Below are positions 1-13,862 of a stretch of DNA of 64,000 nucleotides, piece by piece; the stretch's first letter is position 1, and every line of letters starts with the position of its first letter. The translations under genes and the position numbers were made by a program. The stretch is from positions 3,038,001-3,102,000 of the forward strand of contig CM035356.1 in the NCBI GenBank assembly GCA_020137815.1. Direction: 5' to 3'. Origin of the DNA: Hormiphora californensis (lineage: Eukaryota > Animalia > Ctenophora). The notes beneath the pieces are model-generated. The model worked only from the letters and a program-made list of their open reading frames with translations, made no database searches and was not told where the DNA came from.

Positions 1-64
1 AGCGGAGCGAGGAGATTGGGAATCAGGCGGTGACAACAGTTTTCTAAAGAGTGGCACCACTTAC

Positions 65-586
65 CCAAGAGTGGCACCTGTAGCAGCTGATCCGTTCATC
101 AATGTGGATGTATTGGAGGGAAAGGTGGCGTAGGGAGGGACATTGGTTGATGGCATGATATCTAAACAATAGAAAGGCTAATATCTCTCACAAATATCGA
201 TCACAAATATATAGAAAGAGAGATATGTGAGATTTAGAAAATATGGTTATCGGTGCAGTCGAGATCAGATCATACGATGTTTTCTCTTTCCAAGCGAGAG
301 AGAAAATGAGAAAGATTATATAGGGAGAGAGGAAATGAGAGAGTTATAGGGAGAGAGAAAATGAGTAGAAAACTATTATCTTGTACACACGTCTCTCACT
401 AGGAGAGCGTTGACAGTTTGGTTTCGGATGCAAAGAGAAAATAGAGAAGAAAAATAGGTTTTCAATTTCTAGGAATCTGAATAGATGAATAAGTTTGTTG
501 ATTATTTTCATAAAGATAATAGCTGAAACATACAATTTCCTAGTACCGGGAGGAACTTCTATAACTATCTATGAAGTTCATTTCTA

Positions 587-672
<86 letters not shown>

Positions 673-2824
673 TCTTTCTCTGCCATGGGCCATATGAATA
701 ATCAAGGGTCTACCCTGGAGAATATCGCAGTACGTGGATCATAAAGCTCCTCCATTCATTCAACATATACGCACACACAGTTGGACAAAAGGGAGAGGGA
801 TCAAGAAATATATGGAGAAAGTTTAACCGAAAAGAAGAAATGGTAGCCGGTGGCGAATATGATTCTCATTTCCAAATTTTAATATTCAGATTTCATACTG
901 ACTATCTATCCAGTACTGTCCAAGCCAAAATTCAAGATGTGGACTTCAGAGTTGAGACTTCAGAAAAACATGGTAAAAGAATGGGTAAATGATCTGTGGG
1001 TACAGCTGCAGCACACATGTTTTATGAGAGACTCTTCAAGACTTCAACCCACATGTAATTTCAACCAAATCTGCAACTGCTACAAAAACGGCACAACATC
1101 ATGTTTTGGTCGATGCATAAAAGCGAAGATTCACGACTCGATATGTCCATTATACACTTCATATTGGAGCCAACCATATTTAGGACCCAACATAATGAGC
1201 AAACCTAACGATGTAATGATGATACCTAAATGTTGGTTTTTAAAACCTCTGCAAGTTTCCCCCCACTCTTTCTTTTTTTTTTCGTCCTCCTTCTCTCTCT
1301 CTCTACGATTCTCTCTACGATTCGCTCATTCTCTCTTCACGATCTTTCTTCCAACAAAAGCAATACACAACCAATTAGAAATGATGCGATAGATGAAGTA
1401 AAATGCAGCAATGACTCATATCTATTGTTTGCTCATTACAATATCCCGTGAGAGCCATACTGTCTACAGACCGGCTGACTCGCGGTGACGGCCATTCTTT
1501 TCCTAGAGAACTAAAATTGTGTAATGGATTCATCAGCTAGTCATTCCGAGGGGAACCTGGAGCTAGGGACGGGACGAATACAAAGCAAAGACAGCAAGGG
1601 TTTTACAGCAGTAGTATTGTACTCGAATGTACTCACACCCTCCTCCTCCTCCTCCTCCTAACCAACTGTAATTATCGCTTGTTTATATCGGGTTTTTTAA
1701 GGCTCTTCTCGTCGATTGGGCAGATGTCTGCGACCACGCCCACTCCACCCTCCCATATGAACACATGTAGTTACATTTGACGATATAACCTACAGCTGCT
1801 ACAGACCGTATACTCGTATAGTATCATGGCATAAACTTATCAAATCATGCAATAGGGGTATATATGTGAACTGAATATGCAAAGTCTCCTTACAGGACCA
1901 TGTGTAAATTGGGATCTGTAATTTCACAACAAAGAGGTCTATCAAATAACCGCTATGTGTAATTATAACAGATGTTGCTAAAACCTTAGGGTCAGCACAC
2001 ACCAAAGCGGCCGGGCTATTATATGAGGGAAAGGGCAATTCAGAGCTGTCTACCAACTCTGTGTGTTTGACTCACTTGTTAAGAATCATGAGTTCCACAC
2101 CGGAGGAATCGTCACTCTTCAAACCCCCGGGTATAACAGAAGGGTACTCAAAGGAACGAGTTGTCGTGGCATTCTTGTCAAGACGCAGCGTCTAATTGGG
2201 AATAAGGGTATTAGGGCTATCTGATACAATTATGATTTATTTATCGTACGAAATGGAAGTACCTTTATCTTTGTTTATGTCTCAGACATTGTCTGTTCAC
2301 GTCTGTCCATGTCTGTTCACATCTGTTCACATCTGTTCACATCTGTTCACATTTGTTTATGTCTGTCCATGTCTGTTCATCATGAACTTCATGTCTCCAA
2401 TCAGTGTCTCACTTACATTGTTTTCCCGCTCCAAAAAGTAATTTCTCGCTGTTAACTTCTTGTTTATCTCTATCAACTTTCCAACTTCCTCTTTTTTATT
2501 CTGAAAATTTCAAAAACATGGCGTCAACCGGTTGAATTAAAGTTTCAGGCGACTCAAGCGACAGGGCAACTTCATGAACATGCTATTGTGGTAGTTGGGT
2601 GGTACTATAATACCCTTCGTGGGGTACCACCCAACTACCACAATGATTTTCCTGCTCATCTCATTCTTCATTCTTTGAACATGATATCAGCACACCTTCA
2701 GCTCTAGTTGCTGTTCCTCAAGTGTCGCCATCTCCTCCAGGAGGCGTTCCAGAGTTGGCAGGGTGCCCGTTTTGGACCAGGTAAATGTTTTCCGTTCCTC
2801 ACCACCACCACCATCGCCTGCCAT
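65..2824 (-). CDS. Probable multi-exon gene of unknown function, running off the window start
   Basis: ATG at 2824 gives MAGDGGGEERKTFTWSKTGTLPTLERLLEEMATLEEQQLELK|GT. An in-phase exon at ~2191-2076 reads TLRLDKNATTTRSFEYPSVIPGG. An AG/GT-bounded open exon lies at ~161-65. The intermediate exons could not be resolved. Confidence 0.3.
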
Positions 2825-3291
2825 ACTGGAGATGGTAGCTAGGTAGTTGAGAGAGAGAGGTTTTAATTAGTGGCAATTTTAATGTTTTCATCTCGTTGTT
2901 TCTATCTACGCTAGACCGCTATTTTGCATTGAAACCAATCTACGCGGCCATGTCTTTCTTAGAAAAACACTTTGCAAGGCAAAGCGTGATGGTCTAGAAC
3001 TGCTTAGCTGCTTAGCTAATTACCAATTTAGCAAGCACTTAATGGAACTTTTTCAAACCTTCTCTTCCTCTTTTATGTTTCTCTCTCTTTTATCTCTCTC
3101 TTTGTCCCTCTATCCCGAATGGTGAGACTGCCCTGCTAGGCTCACGTATAATTCACCTCTCTTCATTGTAGTGGTCAATTATGTATTTTCCTGCCACAAA
3201 ACCTACAAATCTCACCGTTCAACCACTTAACGGCCACATTGTTCGAGTTCTAACCTCAGTTGGTCTGTTCCGACTACTTTCTATTCTAAAA

Positions 3292-3394
<103 letters not shown>

Positions 3395-3489
3395 TAGAGA
3401 GAGATCGTCTACGTGCACTGCTTATATCTCTCAACAGATTGAACGCTGTGATCATCTCCAGATCGCGCTGCTTCTGACCTCAGTGTACC

Positions 3490-5175
3490 ATGTTGCTTCC
3501 TCTCCTGTTTCTCCTTGCCCCGGTCCTGATCTCTGCAGCTCAGAACGAGGATGTTACCCCCGTAGTTACATTGGATGGGGGCTCCACCCCTAAAGAAGGA
3601 TACCTAAACCTTCAGCTGAATAGTGGAGTCCAGGTTGGGGTGTGTGGGGGAAACCAAGGTCTAGCAGATGCAGCGTGCCTGTGGGCTGGGTTCTCCCGGG
3701 GAGACTTCGTACCGGATAAATGGTCCGATGCAACTACCCCTAACGTCTCCTGGCACTTCAGATTTGAGTGTGAGACAGGTGCTGAAAACTTAACGGGGTG
3801 CGTCACTAAGCGGTGTGAGGTGCCCGGTCGGGTGTTTCTAAAATGTATAAGTTACCCGTCCTGTAGCCTGCCTAATGGGCAGGTAATTCCTGGAAACACA
3901 TCCCGGTGGGTAGGTGATGATAGGGTGTGCACGTGCGGTGAACATGGCAAGGTGAAGTGTGATTGCCGGTATGTTAAGAGGGTAACCTGTCCAGATGGGA
4001 GGGCTGCCCAGGTGGATTCCTTCTGTGATCCCATTTGCGGGGTTGTCAACGAATGCAAGGATGTCCAGGTTAGAAGATCAATTTAAAAGACCTTAAATTT
4101 TTATGTCCACTGAAACCTCGATTTACCGGCCCTCGCGACGTTCATGTAAAAACTGACGTAGCTGTAGTAATCCAGTAAATAATGTCATAATTATTCCAAC
4201 AACATCATCCTATTTCAGATACCCACGCTGTGCAAGTTCTACCGAAACCAAGGTCTCTGCCAGGCAAATAAAACCGTCCGTGACATGTGCCGGAGCACGT
4301 GCGAGATATGCCAAGATGAAACCCCGACCTCTGAGGACACGTGTAGGGATCAGTACGGTACTGATATCTGTGTGAGTTGGCGGGAACAGGGTGCCTGCTC
4401 CCGGGATCTCGTCCGGGAAAGATGCCAACTATCATGTGGGGAGTGTGATGATGGTGATGCAGCAGGTACCAGTACCTCAACTGAGGAGCAGTCTGAAACA
4501 TCATCATGTAGTGATCAATATAACAGAGAGTCGTGCAGTATGTGGAGAAACGCGGGCCATTGTACCAGTAACAAATCCGTGAGGAGCTGGTGTCAGGCAA
4601 CCTGTGGATTGTGTCCTGCTGCTAGTTCCTGTGGCAACACACTCTCAGCTGCCACGTGCCGTGTGGCAGTTGAGAGTGATAGTTGCCGTGGCAACCTGAT
4701 TGTGTTGCGGGGGTGTAAACGGGCCTGTGGGGCGTGTGGTGATGGAGAGGAGGATTGCAGGGATATTTACCGGAGTACAATCTGTAGGATCTGGAAGGAC
4801 AAGGGAGGATGTGAGAAGAGCGAGGAGGTGAGGGTTATCTGTGCCGAGACCTGCGGAGAATGCACCGTTTCCATGACTACTGAATCCGCTGAATCTTCCG
4901 AGTGTGTTGATACGAGTGTATCGAGTTTGTGTGAGTACTACAAGAGTGTTGGGTACTGTGAGAGTGAGGTACACAAGGAGGCTATTTCTACCCAGTGCAA
5001 ACGGACCTGTGGATATTGCGGGAAGGAGGAGAATGAGGGAGGGAAATCAGGTGGAGGAGGGTGTAGAGATGAAATTGAGAGTGAGGTTTGTGGACGATGG
5101 GCGGCCGGTGGGTATTGTGAGACGAACAGTAAAGTGAAGTTGGAGTATTGCCGGCGCACTTGTAATTCTTGCTAA
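3490..5175 (+). CDS. Secreted protein (~511 aa): signal peptide, SRCR-like domain, VWC-like module, 7 tandem ShKT domains
   Basis: Exon 3490-4068, GT-AG intron 4069-4218 (phase 0), exon 4219-5175. Splicing restores CKDVQIPTLC...C...CRSTCEIC. There are seven six-Cys repeats ending C-x3-C-x2-C, and the N-terminus is hydrophobic (MLLPLLFLLAPVLISA). Confidence 0.88.
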
Positions 5176-5489
5176 TTCACCAGTTATTCAGTTAACTAAT
5201 TATATTCTTAATTAAACAATTAATTATATTCTTAATTGTGTATAATGGGGGGGGTTCCAACCTATTTTTGTATGTTTGTACGGAAAAAAACAGAGGTTTC
5301 CTCAAACAAAAAAATACAAAAAAATACAAAAAAGTACAAAAAAATACAAAAAAATAAAAACATTTTTATATGGTAATTTACCATTATTGTTCGAACTTTT
5401 ACTGTTTTTAAACATTCTTCCACGCTATTTCACGCAATTTAGCACAAAATATATACATATTTTACATATGTAGCATGCCAAAATCGCGA

Positions 5490-6306
5490 GAGAAATTTTC
5501 ACGAATCACAATTTCTTACCGAGAAAACTTTCTCGAATCGTAATTTCTAACCAAGTAATTTTTCTCGAATCGAAATTTGTAAGCGAGAAAATTTTCCCGA
5601 ATCGCAATTTCTTACCGAGAAAATTTTCTCGAATCGTAATTTCGAACCAAGAAATTTTTCTCGAATCGAAATTTGTAAGCGAGAAATTTTCCCTAATCGC
5701 AATTTCTTACCGAGAAAATTTTCTCAAATCGTAATTTCGAACCAAGAAATTTTTATCAAATCGAAATTTGTAAGCGAGAAATTTTCCCTAATCGCAATTT
5801 TTTACCAAGAAAATTTTCTCGAGTCGTAATTTCGAACCAAGAAATTTTTCTCGAATCGACATTTCTAAGCGAGAAAACTTTTCCGAATTTCAATTTCTTA
5901 CCGAGAAAATTTTATCGAATCGTAATTTCGAACCAAGAAATTTTTCTCGAATCGACATTTCTAAGCGAGAAAATTTTTCTCGAATCGAAATTTGTAAGCG
6001 AGAAAATTTTCCCGAATCGCAATTTCTTACCGAGAAAATTTTCTCGAATCGTAGTTTCGAACCAAGAAATTTTTCTCGAATCGTAATTTCGAACCAAGAA
6101 ATTTTTCTCGAATCGACATTTCTAAGCGAGAAAACTTTTCCGAATTGCAATTTCTTACCGAGAAAATTTTATCGAATCGTAATTTCGAACCAAGAAATTT
6201 TTCTCGAATCGAAATTTGTAAGCGAGAAAATTTTCCCGAATCGCAATTTCTTAGCGAAAAATTTTCTCGAATCGTAATTTCAAACCGAGAAAATTTTCTC
6301 GAATCG
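5490..6306. repeat. ~31-bp degenerate tandem array inside the transposon
   Basis: Repeated TCTCGAATCGYAATTTC...GAGAAAATTT units with higher-order alternation. Confidence 0.85.
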
Positions 6307-8331
6307 TTATCGATCTGAATCATTATCAATCATGTTTGCATTTCCGAATTTCAAGAACGTGTACTTTTTCATGTGTATTACATATAATGTAACACTTTCA
6401 GGGAATAAAATACGTGACAATGGAACTAAAAACGTTCCTAGGTCCGGTGGTACTGCATGGGCATAAGGAACCCGTGGGCAGAAGGGACCCGTCGATGTAT
6501 TATTTACACGTTTATCAGGCACCCATATCATAGCGCTGGCAAGCGCCCGGGGCCCAATCCTCCCTCCCCCCAACCATCCTTCCCTTAAAAATGTCCATTT
6601 TCCAAGCATTCTTGCTTCCATTGAATGGAAAATCGAAATTGCGGGAAAAAAATTTTTTGAATTTTTTTGAAAATTTTTGAAAATTTTGACAGCGCTACTA
6701 TACTTATTGTCTGAAATCGGCGATTTCAAGTTAGTTTTAGACAACCTTCTCGTTGTCCTACGAACATGCCGCTTGGTAGTTCGTGTTGCCTTGACACCTA
6801 GAGCACACGTTTAAAATTTCATGCAAATCGGAGTTACGGTTTTTGCGCTACAGATGGTCGTATTTTAGACAAAATGTCCGTTTTTAGCGTGACTAACCAC
6901 CTTGACTGTACCACTTTTTTGCGTACACGATGGAGGCCACAGTTTTAAAGCTATCACCATGAAACTTTGGGAGTCGGTAGGTCTAGTGGTGTACCTTGTA
7001 TTAAAGCTTGGACAGAGAAAACGGACAGTCATAACAAAAGTTATGACTGTCTTAAGTTTTCTTTAGCGTCTAAGACAGCCTTCCCGTTGTCCTACGAATA
7101 CGCCACGTGGTACATAATATTGTCTCGACATCTTGAACACACTATCAAAATTTCAAGCAAATCCGAGTTACGGTTCTTCAGTTACGGGCATCTGACTGTA
7201 TTAAGATTTAAGACGATTTTAAAAAAAGCCTAGAAAAGAGCAAATTAAACTATAAATCATGATTTTATCACATATATTTTTGCCAACGTAGGTTAGGGTT
7301 CTCTTTCTCGAAATTTAACTGTTTTCGACGAGATTTTTCGGGGCGTCTGCGCCAATTCCAGGAAGCAGTACAAGTGATTTCCAAACAATCAGGGCCTAGA
7401 AAAAGGTCTAGTCTATCGTTCTAGGGGGCTCTTTTTTGAATTTTTATCTCACCAAGAGCCCTTATGCAAAAAAGTGATTTCAAAGCGATTTTTCGGGGCG
7501 TCTGCGCCAATTCCAGGAAGCAGTACAAGTGATTTCCAAACAATGAGGGCCTAGAAAAAGGTCTAGTCTATCGTTCTAGGGGGGCTCTTTTTTGAAATTT
7601 TTTTCCACGAAGAGCCCTAACGTAGGTCAACTGCTGTATTTTCAGATATAATTGGAAGTCATATCTAGATTTATGACTGTCTTAAATTTAAGACGATTTT
7701 AAAAACGCCTAGAAAGAAGCGTTTCAGAGTCTAAATTAACATTGAATCAGATTTATTTTATAAAATAAGGTGTACTGCCGCATTTTCAGTTATAATGGGT
7801 AGTCATATCTAGAGTTATGACTGTCTTAAATATAAGACGATTTAAAAAAAACTGAGAAAAGAGCGAATTAGCATCTAGAACCTAATTGTATCAGATATAT
7901 TTGCGTTATCAATGCTTATCCGTGATCGTTATCCGTAACTAATATTCAAAATCAGAGAATAATCGCAGATAACTAACCACGACAACTCATCGCGAATGAG
8001 TAATATGATAGTTACCAATCGCGCGGATAGCTAATCCGATTAGCTATCCGCGATTAGCTATATTTGCGATTAGCTACATTTGCGATTAGTAATCGCAAAT
8101 ATAGCTAATCGCAATAGCTAATCGCGATAATTAATCGCGATAACTTATAACGGATTCGTGATCAGTTGTCCGCGATTGCAGTTGTCCGCGATTACTATCA
8201 TATTTGTTATTCGCAATTGATATCCGAGATTGGATATCTGCGATTGAAAAAGTCCGTGAATGCCCAATCCGCACGTTTATTAAACTCAGCTAGTACACAA
8301 AATGCATGTCATAGTACAATAACAAAATGCC

Positions 8332-8774
8332 TGATACTAGATCCAAAAACCAAACAAGTTTGGTGGATAGCCGGGGCCGCAGAAATTTAAAAACGTGCGA
8401 AAGTTTTGATACATGAACTTTCGGGGCCTGGGGTGCTGTTAAATTCGCGTTTCCATGATAGTCAGCCGTTCTTTCAAAACACATTATTATTCTGTAAAAC
8501 AGAATCTGAAACGACCCACTGTGTGCAGTATATTATACGTGATATGTGTGGAGCTGTATGTATGATAATGTGGAATCAAAAATAATGATAACTTGCAATC
8601 ATTGCGATAGTTTTCCTGGCGTATAGTTTGAAAATGTTGCTGGTTATAATCATGGAAACGCGAATTTAACAGCACCCCAGGCCCCGAAAGTTCATGTATC
8701 AAAACTTTCGCACGTTTTTAAATTTCTGCGGCCCCGGCTATCCACCAAACTTGTTTGGTTTTTGGATCTAGTAT
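8332..8774. repeat. ~125-bp inverted repeat pair (nested MITE-like)
   Basis: GATACTAGATCCAAAAACC...GTTTCCATGA (8332-8458) is the reverse complement of ~8650-8774. Confidence 0.8.
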
Positions 8775-10395
8775 CGTTAAATATTTTGTATTTTTTTGTA
8801 TTTTTTTTGTATCGTTTGTATGGAAAAAAACAAGAATTTTTGATATTTTTTTGTATGGCCCGTACAAAAAAATACAAAAAAATACAAAAAAATAGGTTGG
8901 AACCCCCCCGTATAATGTGAAACTGTACAACCAAACTACCGAGTTTCTACTTGCATGGTGTTACAACAACAAAAAAACAACAACCTCAAAACTAGACACA
9001 CACAACATACAACATACAACTCACATAACAGGGCTGAAGTGACAATTGGCTTACACGTGTTCTTCAAGACAGGCCGCTTAGTACGTTGTGCCAAGCATGC
9101 ATTCTTTTAGATATATATTGGGATATCTAATTAGGGATACATAAAATGCCTGTGCCATGCTTCGCACCAAGCCAGGTGTCTTCTTCTCTGTATCCCATAC
9201 CACCCAAATACTACCCGAATAGTATTGTGGGAGAGACTATTTGCAGCCAAGAGAACCGAAGAGACGGGTATTAAACAAATTGGCTTTCTTAGAATCTTCT
9301 CAAACCGTCCAGGTCTCTGGGTGATGGTATGGGACAATAAATCCCTATCATATCGGTTCATTCTATGAGCCACATGGAATCAATAATTCATATATCGTAA
9401 ACGTCACGGTTGGCACGTCACAGAACCCAACCCCGGCCCCTTTTTTACGTCAGAATGGTATTCCACATTGGTGAGATTGGGGAGAGACTTGCAGGGAGAT
9501 AGATCAGAGGCATTTCTCTCCCTAAAATCTAAATCTCTCTCTATTTCCCTCTTTAAAATCTAAATCTCTCTCTATTTCTCTCTCTAAATACTCAGTAAGA
9601 AGTATTAGGGGAACTACTAGATGAGAGAAAAAGCTGGAATCTGAAATCAATATACTACTAGAGAGCTCCGCGGGATCAGATATATCGGTTATTTGTTTTC
9701 CTAAGTACCATGACACACACATGATGGCCCGCGACACGAGCTACTTATAAATAAAGGGGGCTCTTTAGATCCCTCATTTATAGGTAACATGCGTCCCGGT
9801 CCCAGCTACTACTAGACTTGAGCGGGCGGCACGTTATACAAAATGATTTCTCATTTTATCTTCCTTACCTATACTTGCTATTATAGAGGTTGATTTAGTT
9901 CATATTATTTATATTGCTATTAGGGGTATTTTGCAGGAAATTTTGCCTTGCTTGGCCCTCTTTCAAATTTAAAGGAGGGTTTAAGAACATATCAGACGAA
10001 ATTGAAAGTTTGAAACCAGAAGTTTTGCAAAGATAATTACAACACAGCAAATTGAACTGATCAAATGAAATCCAGTTTTTGTCTTTCCACAACTTTCTCT
10101 CTGATTTTGGAAATCGCTAATTAACTTGGAATCACACGATCAATTAGAGGTGTGTTACAAAGCAGATTATATGTGAGTTTAGTACTGCAGCAGCTGCCAG
10201 TTGAATCATATGGTTCCCAATTGGCATATTGCCATTCTACACTTCCATATGGGTGATGCATGAACCAAGCAAATATAAAGATGTCTGTAAATTACTAATT
10301 TGACAAAAAATGACTACCGAACACTTCAGCAGCCTAATTTTTAATTACGTCATGTCTACAGGAATCCCTGCTAATTAGTACATCACATTTAGTAC

Positions 10396-12850
10396 ATGAT
10401 GAGACTCCTAGAAATCTGTATATTGTTGTGTGTTGTGCAAGTTGGCTGTTGGAGTAGGAGGAGAAGGAGTGAAACTGAGGACGCCAGGAGAAGGACGAAG
10501 AGGTCCTCAGAAGCAATCGGTAATTATAGTAAAACGACAAAATGTTACTGGGGGGGGGACCACATACAGCACTGTACTGAAATTCGCACCGCCGTATGTG
10601 CAGGTGCCTCTAACTTCAGTTCTCACTAGCACATACAACACTTTCGGTGCAAACTCCAGTACGCACTGCCGTATGTGGTGCCTCTTACTGATAAATATCG
10701 GTGGGACTATCAGTACACAATCTCACGTGAGCTTAGCTCAGAAAAGATCAGTACGGTGCTGTATGTGCTCTTCGTACTGAACTGAAAGGTCACGTGGGGG
10801 TCACGTGCGCGCACTAGCCAATGACAGACCTGCATCTCACAATACACACACACACCCACACCACAGCAACCAATAAGAGGCGCACGCACTCTCACTACGA
10901 CAGAAAGGGCCACACCTAGAACAAGGGCGAGATTATCCGACATATCGAGAAAATATGTGCTGCAATCGGGAAAGATAAGTGGAGATAAGTGGAGATAAAC
11001 ATAACAAGAGAGAGAAAAGGAGGTAGAGAGAGTTCGGTATTAGTGAGAGGAAGATATTTCACAAAAAATTACGTGTTTTTAGCTTGTTTTGAAGGTTTTT
11101 TATTGATTGTTCAGTAAGAGGCACCACATACACTCACTGTACTGAAGTTTCCACCGACAGTATGTGGTGCGACGTTCTGGAGTTCGCACCGGTGCTGTAT
11201 GTGGTCCCCCTGGGTGCTATAACTGCAGTGATGATCAGTCATCATTTGTTGGCTTTTCTTTGGTTTTTTATCGAATACATGTTTGTCGCTGTGATCTGAT
11301 AAAAAATGACCTTTGTTTTGACAATCTCCATCTTCAGCGAATTACAAATGCCTGTATACAAGAAAGAGTGAGATGTGTGGAATTCAGCTATCCTGTAACT
11401 GCTGCTACTACCCTTCTTTCGGGTATGTGCCATATATTCCTGAATCAGAGGATTTAATCGACTATACTTGATAAAATTAACCCTACCGGCGCGAGCCAAT
11501 CAGAGGCCTGTAATTCGAAATAAAGGCCTCTGATTGGCTCTCGTGCCAAAAAATGGCCAAACTTCCCGATAGGATAAAAAGCTAATTCCGGTTGCGCTGG
11601 ATTCGTCTTGAAAATGCAATTCAGAAAAGCTCCGTTCAATAGGGGAATTCCAGATCACAGTCAGACACTAACGTCTTATTTTCAGGGGATGTTACTCAAG
11701 TCATATGATTGGATTCAGTGACACAGAGGACTCAGTTCAACCAGACAATTTCAAAGCTACCCAAACGGACAAGGACAGACTTAACGAATTCGGTAATTTA
11801 ATGCGATCACTTGACACAAAACACTTTGTTTTATGTTACACTTTACATGAGTGACGGGCACTAATCCCATACAATGGGGGAAATAGCCGTGGCCTGAACC
11901 TTAGGTTCAGGCCACGGCTATTTTCTACTGAGACCTGAGATCTCAAGTTTCAGTGACGGCTATTCCCTTAAATCTCAGGGAATATCCGTCACTGAAACCT
12001 GAGATCTCAGGTCTCAGTGGAAAATAGCCGTGGCCTGAACCTGAAGTTCAGGCACGACTGTTTTCCCCGTTTGAGCAATGTGTGTGAAACTATATATTCT
12101 ACATTTCTTCCAGTTCTATTCAATAATCATTTAATTTGTCCCCCTCCCCAGTTGACGAGGTAGAGCACACCCTGTCTGACGAGGTGATACAAGGTAATGT
12201 GGGGATACCAGGTGGGAAGTGTGAACTGTATCGGACCAACTACCGGGGTCAGGAGATATGCCTTCCCTGGAACTTCCTCGCTATCACGGACATCATAGAT
12301 GCCACCTGTGAGTAGAGAACAAATAAACACGTCTATTTCACGGACACAGACCCCTCTATTTCACGGACACAGACCCCTCTATTTCACGGACACAGACCCC
12401 TCTATTTCACGGACACAGACCCCTCTATTTCTCAACAAAGATCTCCCAAATTTCAGCGGATGGAAGTTGTAGCGTGGTTCTACCCTCTCGATGCTCCAAA
12501 AATCTCCAAGAGGAAGACGAATACTGGGCCGTTTTTGTTATCGGTAAGAATAGTTAATTATTGATATCAGTGAAGCAGAGCTTTAAGTTTAGATAGTCTT
12601 AGTCAATACTGACTGCCTAGTGCCCTACTGTGACCTAGGTTTACAAGGCTACGCTGTCCCTCGCCCCCCCGGCCTCTGTGATACGAACAAATAAAACCAC
12701 TTTTTGAGTAAGTAACACCTTGAGCTCGACAAACAATCACAACCTTTCCTAGATTATTCAAGTTGGAACGATGCTGTCAAGTTATTACACCTAGCTGGTC
12801 ATGCCTGTTCCTGGGATACCGATATGGAACAAGTGAAATGCCTCCTTTAA
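10396..12850 (+). CDS. Unrecognised secreted Cys-rich precursor (~218 aa, 6 exons) with polybasic cleavage sites
   Basis: Exons 10396-10519, 11338-11422, 11686-11792, 12152-12307, 12457-12543, 12753-12850. All are GT-AG and phase-compatible (657 nt), with AATAAA at ~12872. The signal-like N-terminus is followed by RRRR and RRRTKR. Confidence 0.72.
10554..11210. mobile_element. MITE, TIR GGGGGACCACATACAGCAC (copy 1, in intron 1)
   Basis: Terminal inverted repeats. A near-identical inverted copy lies at 22536-23190. Confidence 0.85.
11877..12068. mobile_element. Palindromic MITE-like element with nested hairpins
   Basis: The whole segment is an imperfect palindrome, and its arms contain internal palindromes (GCCGTGGCCTGAACCTTAGGTTCAGGCCACGGC). 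Confidence 0.7.
12333..12430. repeat. 23-bp tandem repeat x4
   Basis: CTATTTCACGGACACAGACCCCT repeated within an intron. Confidence 0.9.
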
Positions 12851-13219
12851 TACCTGATAGACACGACTTTCAATAAAGAGTTATTCAAGTTACACGGCCC
12901 GGGCGCTATAAACTCTGAATAGTTGCTAAGTTACTGAATAGTTACTAATTTTGTGTGCTAATTAAGAGAACAGCTAGTAGCTACAATATAACACACAGTA
13001 TTATAAGTAAGTTAGCGGATTTATAAGTTTGAAAACTCGTCAGAAACTGATTATTAAATTATGTGCTACAAAAATGTGTGACTTTGCAGCATCTGCTAAT
13101 GTAAGATCTATTATTTATTGAAGTTTTTCAGATGCAATATCTTCGTTTAATTCCACAACCAGCAGCGGTTATTATAGTGGTTGCCATGGCACCACGCTCA
13201 GCAGGTAATAATTTCAATA

Positions 13220-13791
13220 CAAATATTCATTTGCCGCAAACGCTGTCTAGTCTAGCGTCTAGACGTTGTTTCACCGTCGTCCAGACGTTTTCCAAGACGG
13301 GCTTGACGGAGTCAGACGGGCTTGAAACATGCTTAGGACGGGTTGAAACGGGCTTGAGATGGGTTTGAGATGATCTCTCTATGAATTTCATCCTTTTAAA
13401 TTGTTAAAACAATATTGTTGCGAGTGTGTAGGAATATGTAGAGAGGCACTCTGTAGTTTCATTTCCAATAATGTTTGACCCGTTTTGTATGAGATCTCTA
13501 TGTGTGAACCATTTAAATTGTGCTTGTTTTGCGTTTAGATGCCCTAATAGGACTCTCTCCCTTGCGTGCAGAATCTGCACTGCAGATATACCTGTTAACC
13601 CCTGATTGCTACCGCTCGAAATTTACAGGGCTGTTATGCACGGTCTCTTCGGGGCCGTGCATCTATTGATTATCTGCACGTGTGGAGGAGAGTTATGTAG
13701 TATATCCTTTTCCTCCCAGCTAGCTCCTACCTTCATCAACTAGACTTTACCTTATCTTTCTCTCCCTCTATCTCTCTCTATCTCTCTCTCC

Positions 13792-13862
<71 letters not shown>

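Larger units (their letters stand above)
5248..8909. mobile_element. 3.66-kb non-autonomous TIR DNA transposon with 8-bp TSD
   Basis: TIR GGGGGGGTTCCAACCTATTTTT at both ends. GTATAATG is duplicated at 5240-5247 and 8910-8917. No transposase ORF is seen. Confidence 0.8.

Noticed and set aside
5490-6306. CRISPR-like periodic array
   Set aside because: Degenerate tandem units without unique spacers, no cas genes, and a eukaryotic context.
9790-9830. GTCCCAGCTACT resembling 7SL/Alu
   Set aside because: Only a 12-nt match, with no SRP RNA structure around it.
12127-12330. Minus-strand ORF with an apparent acceptor
   Set aside because: The plus-strand exon 12152-12307 fits a complete phase-consistent gene.
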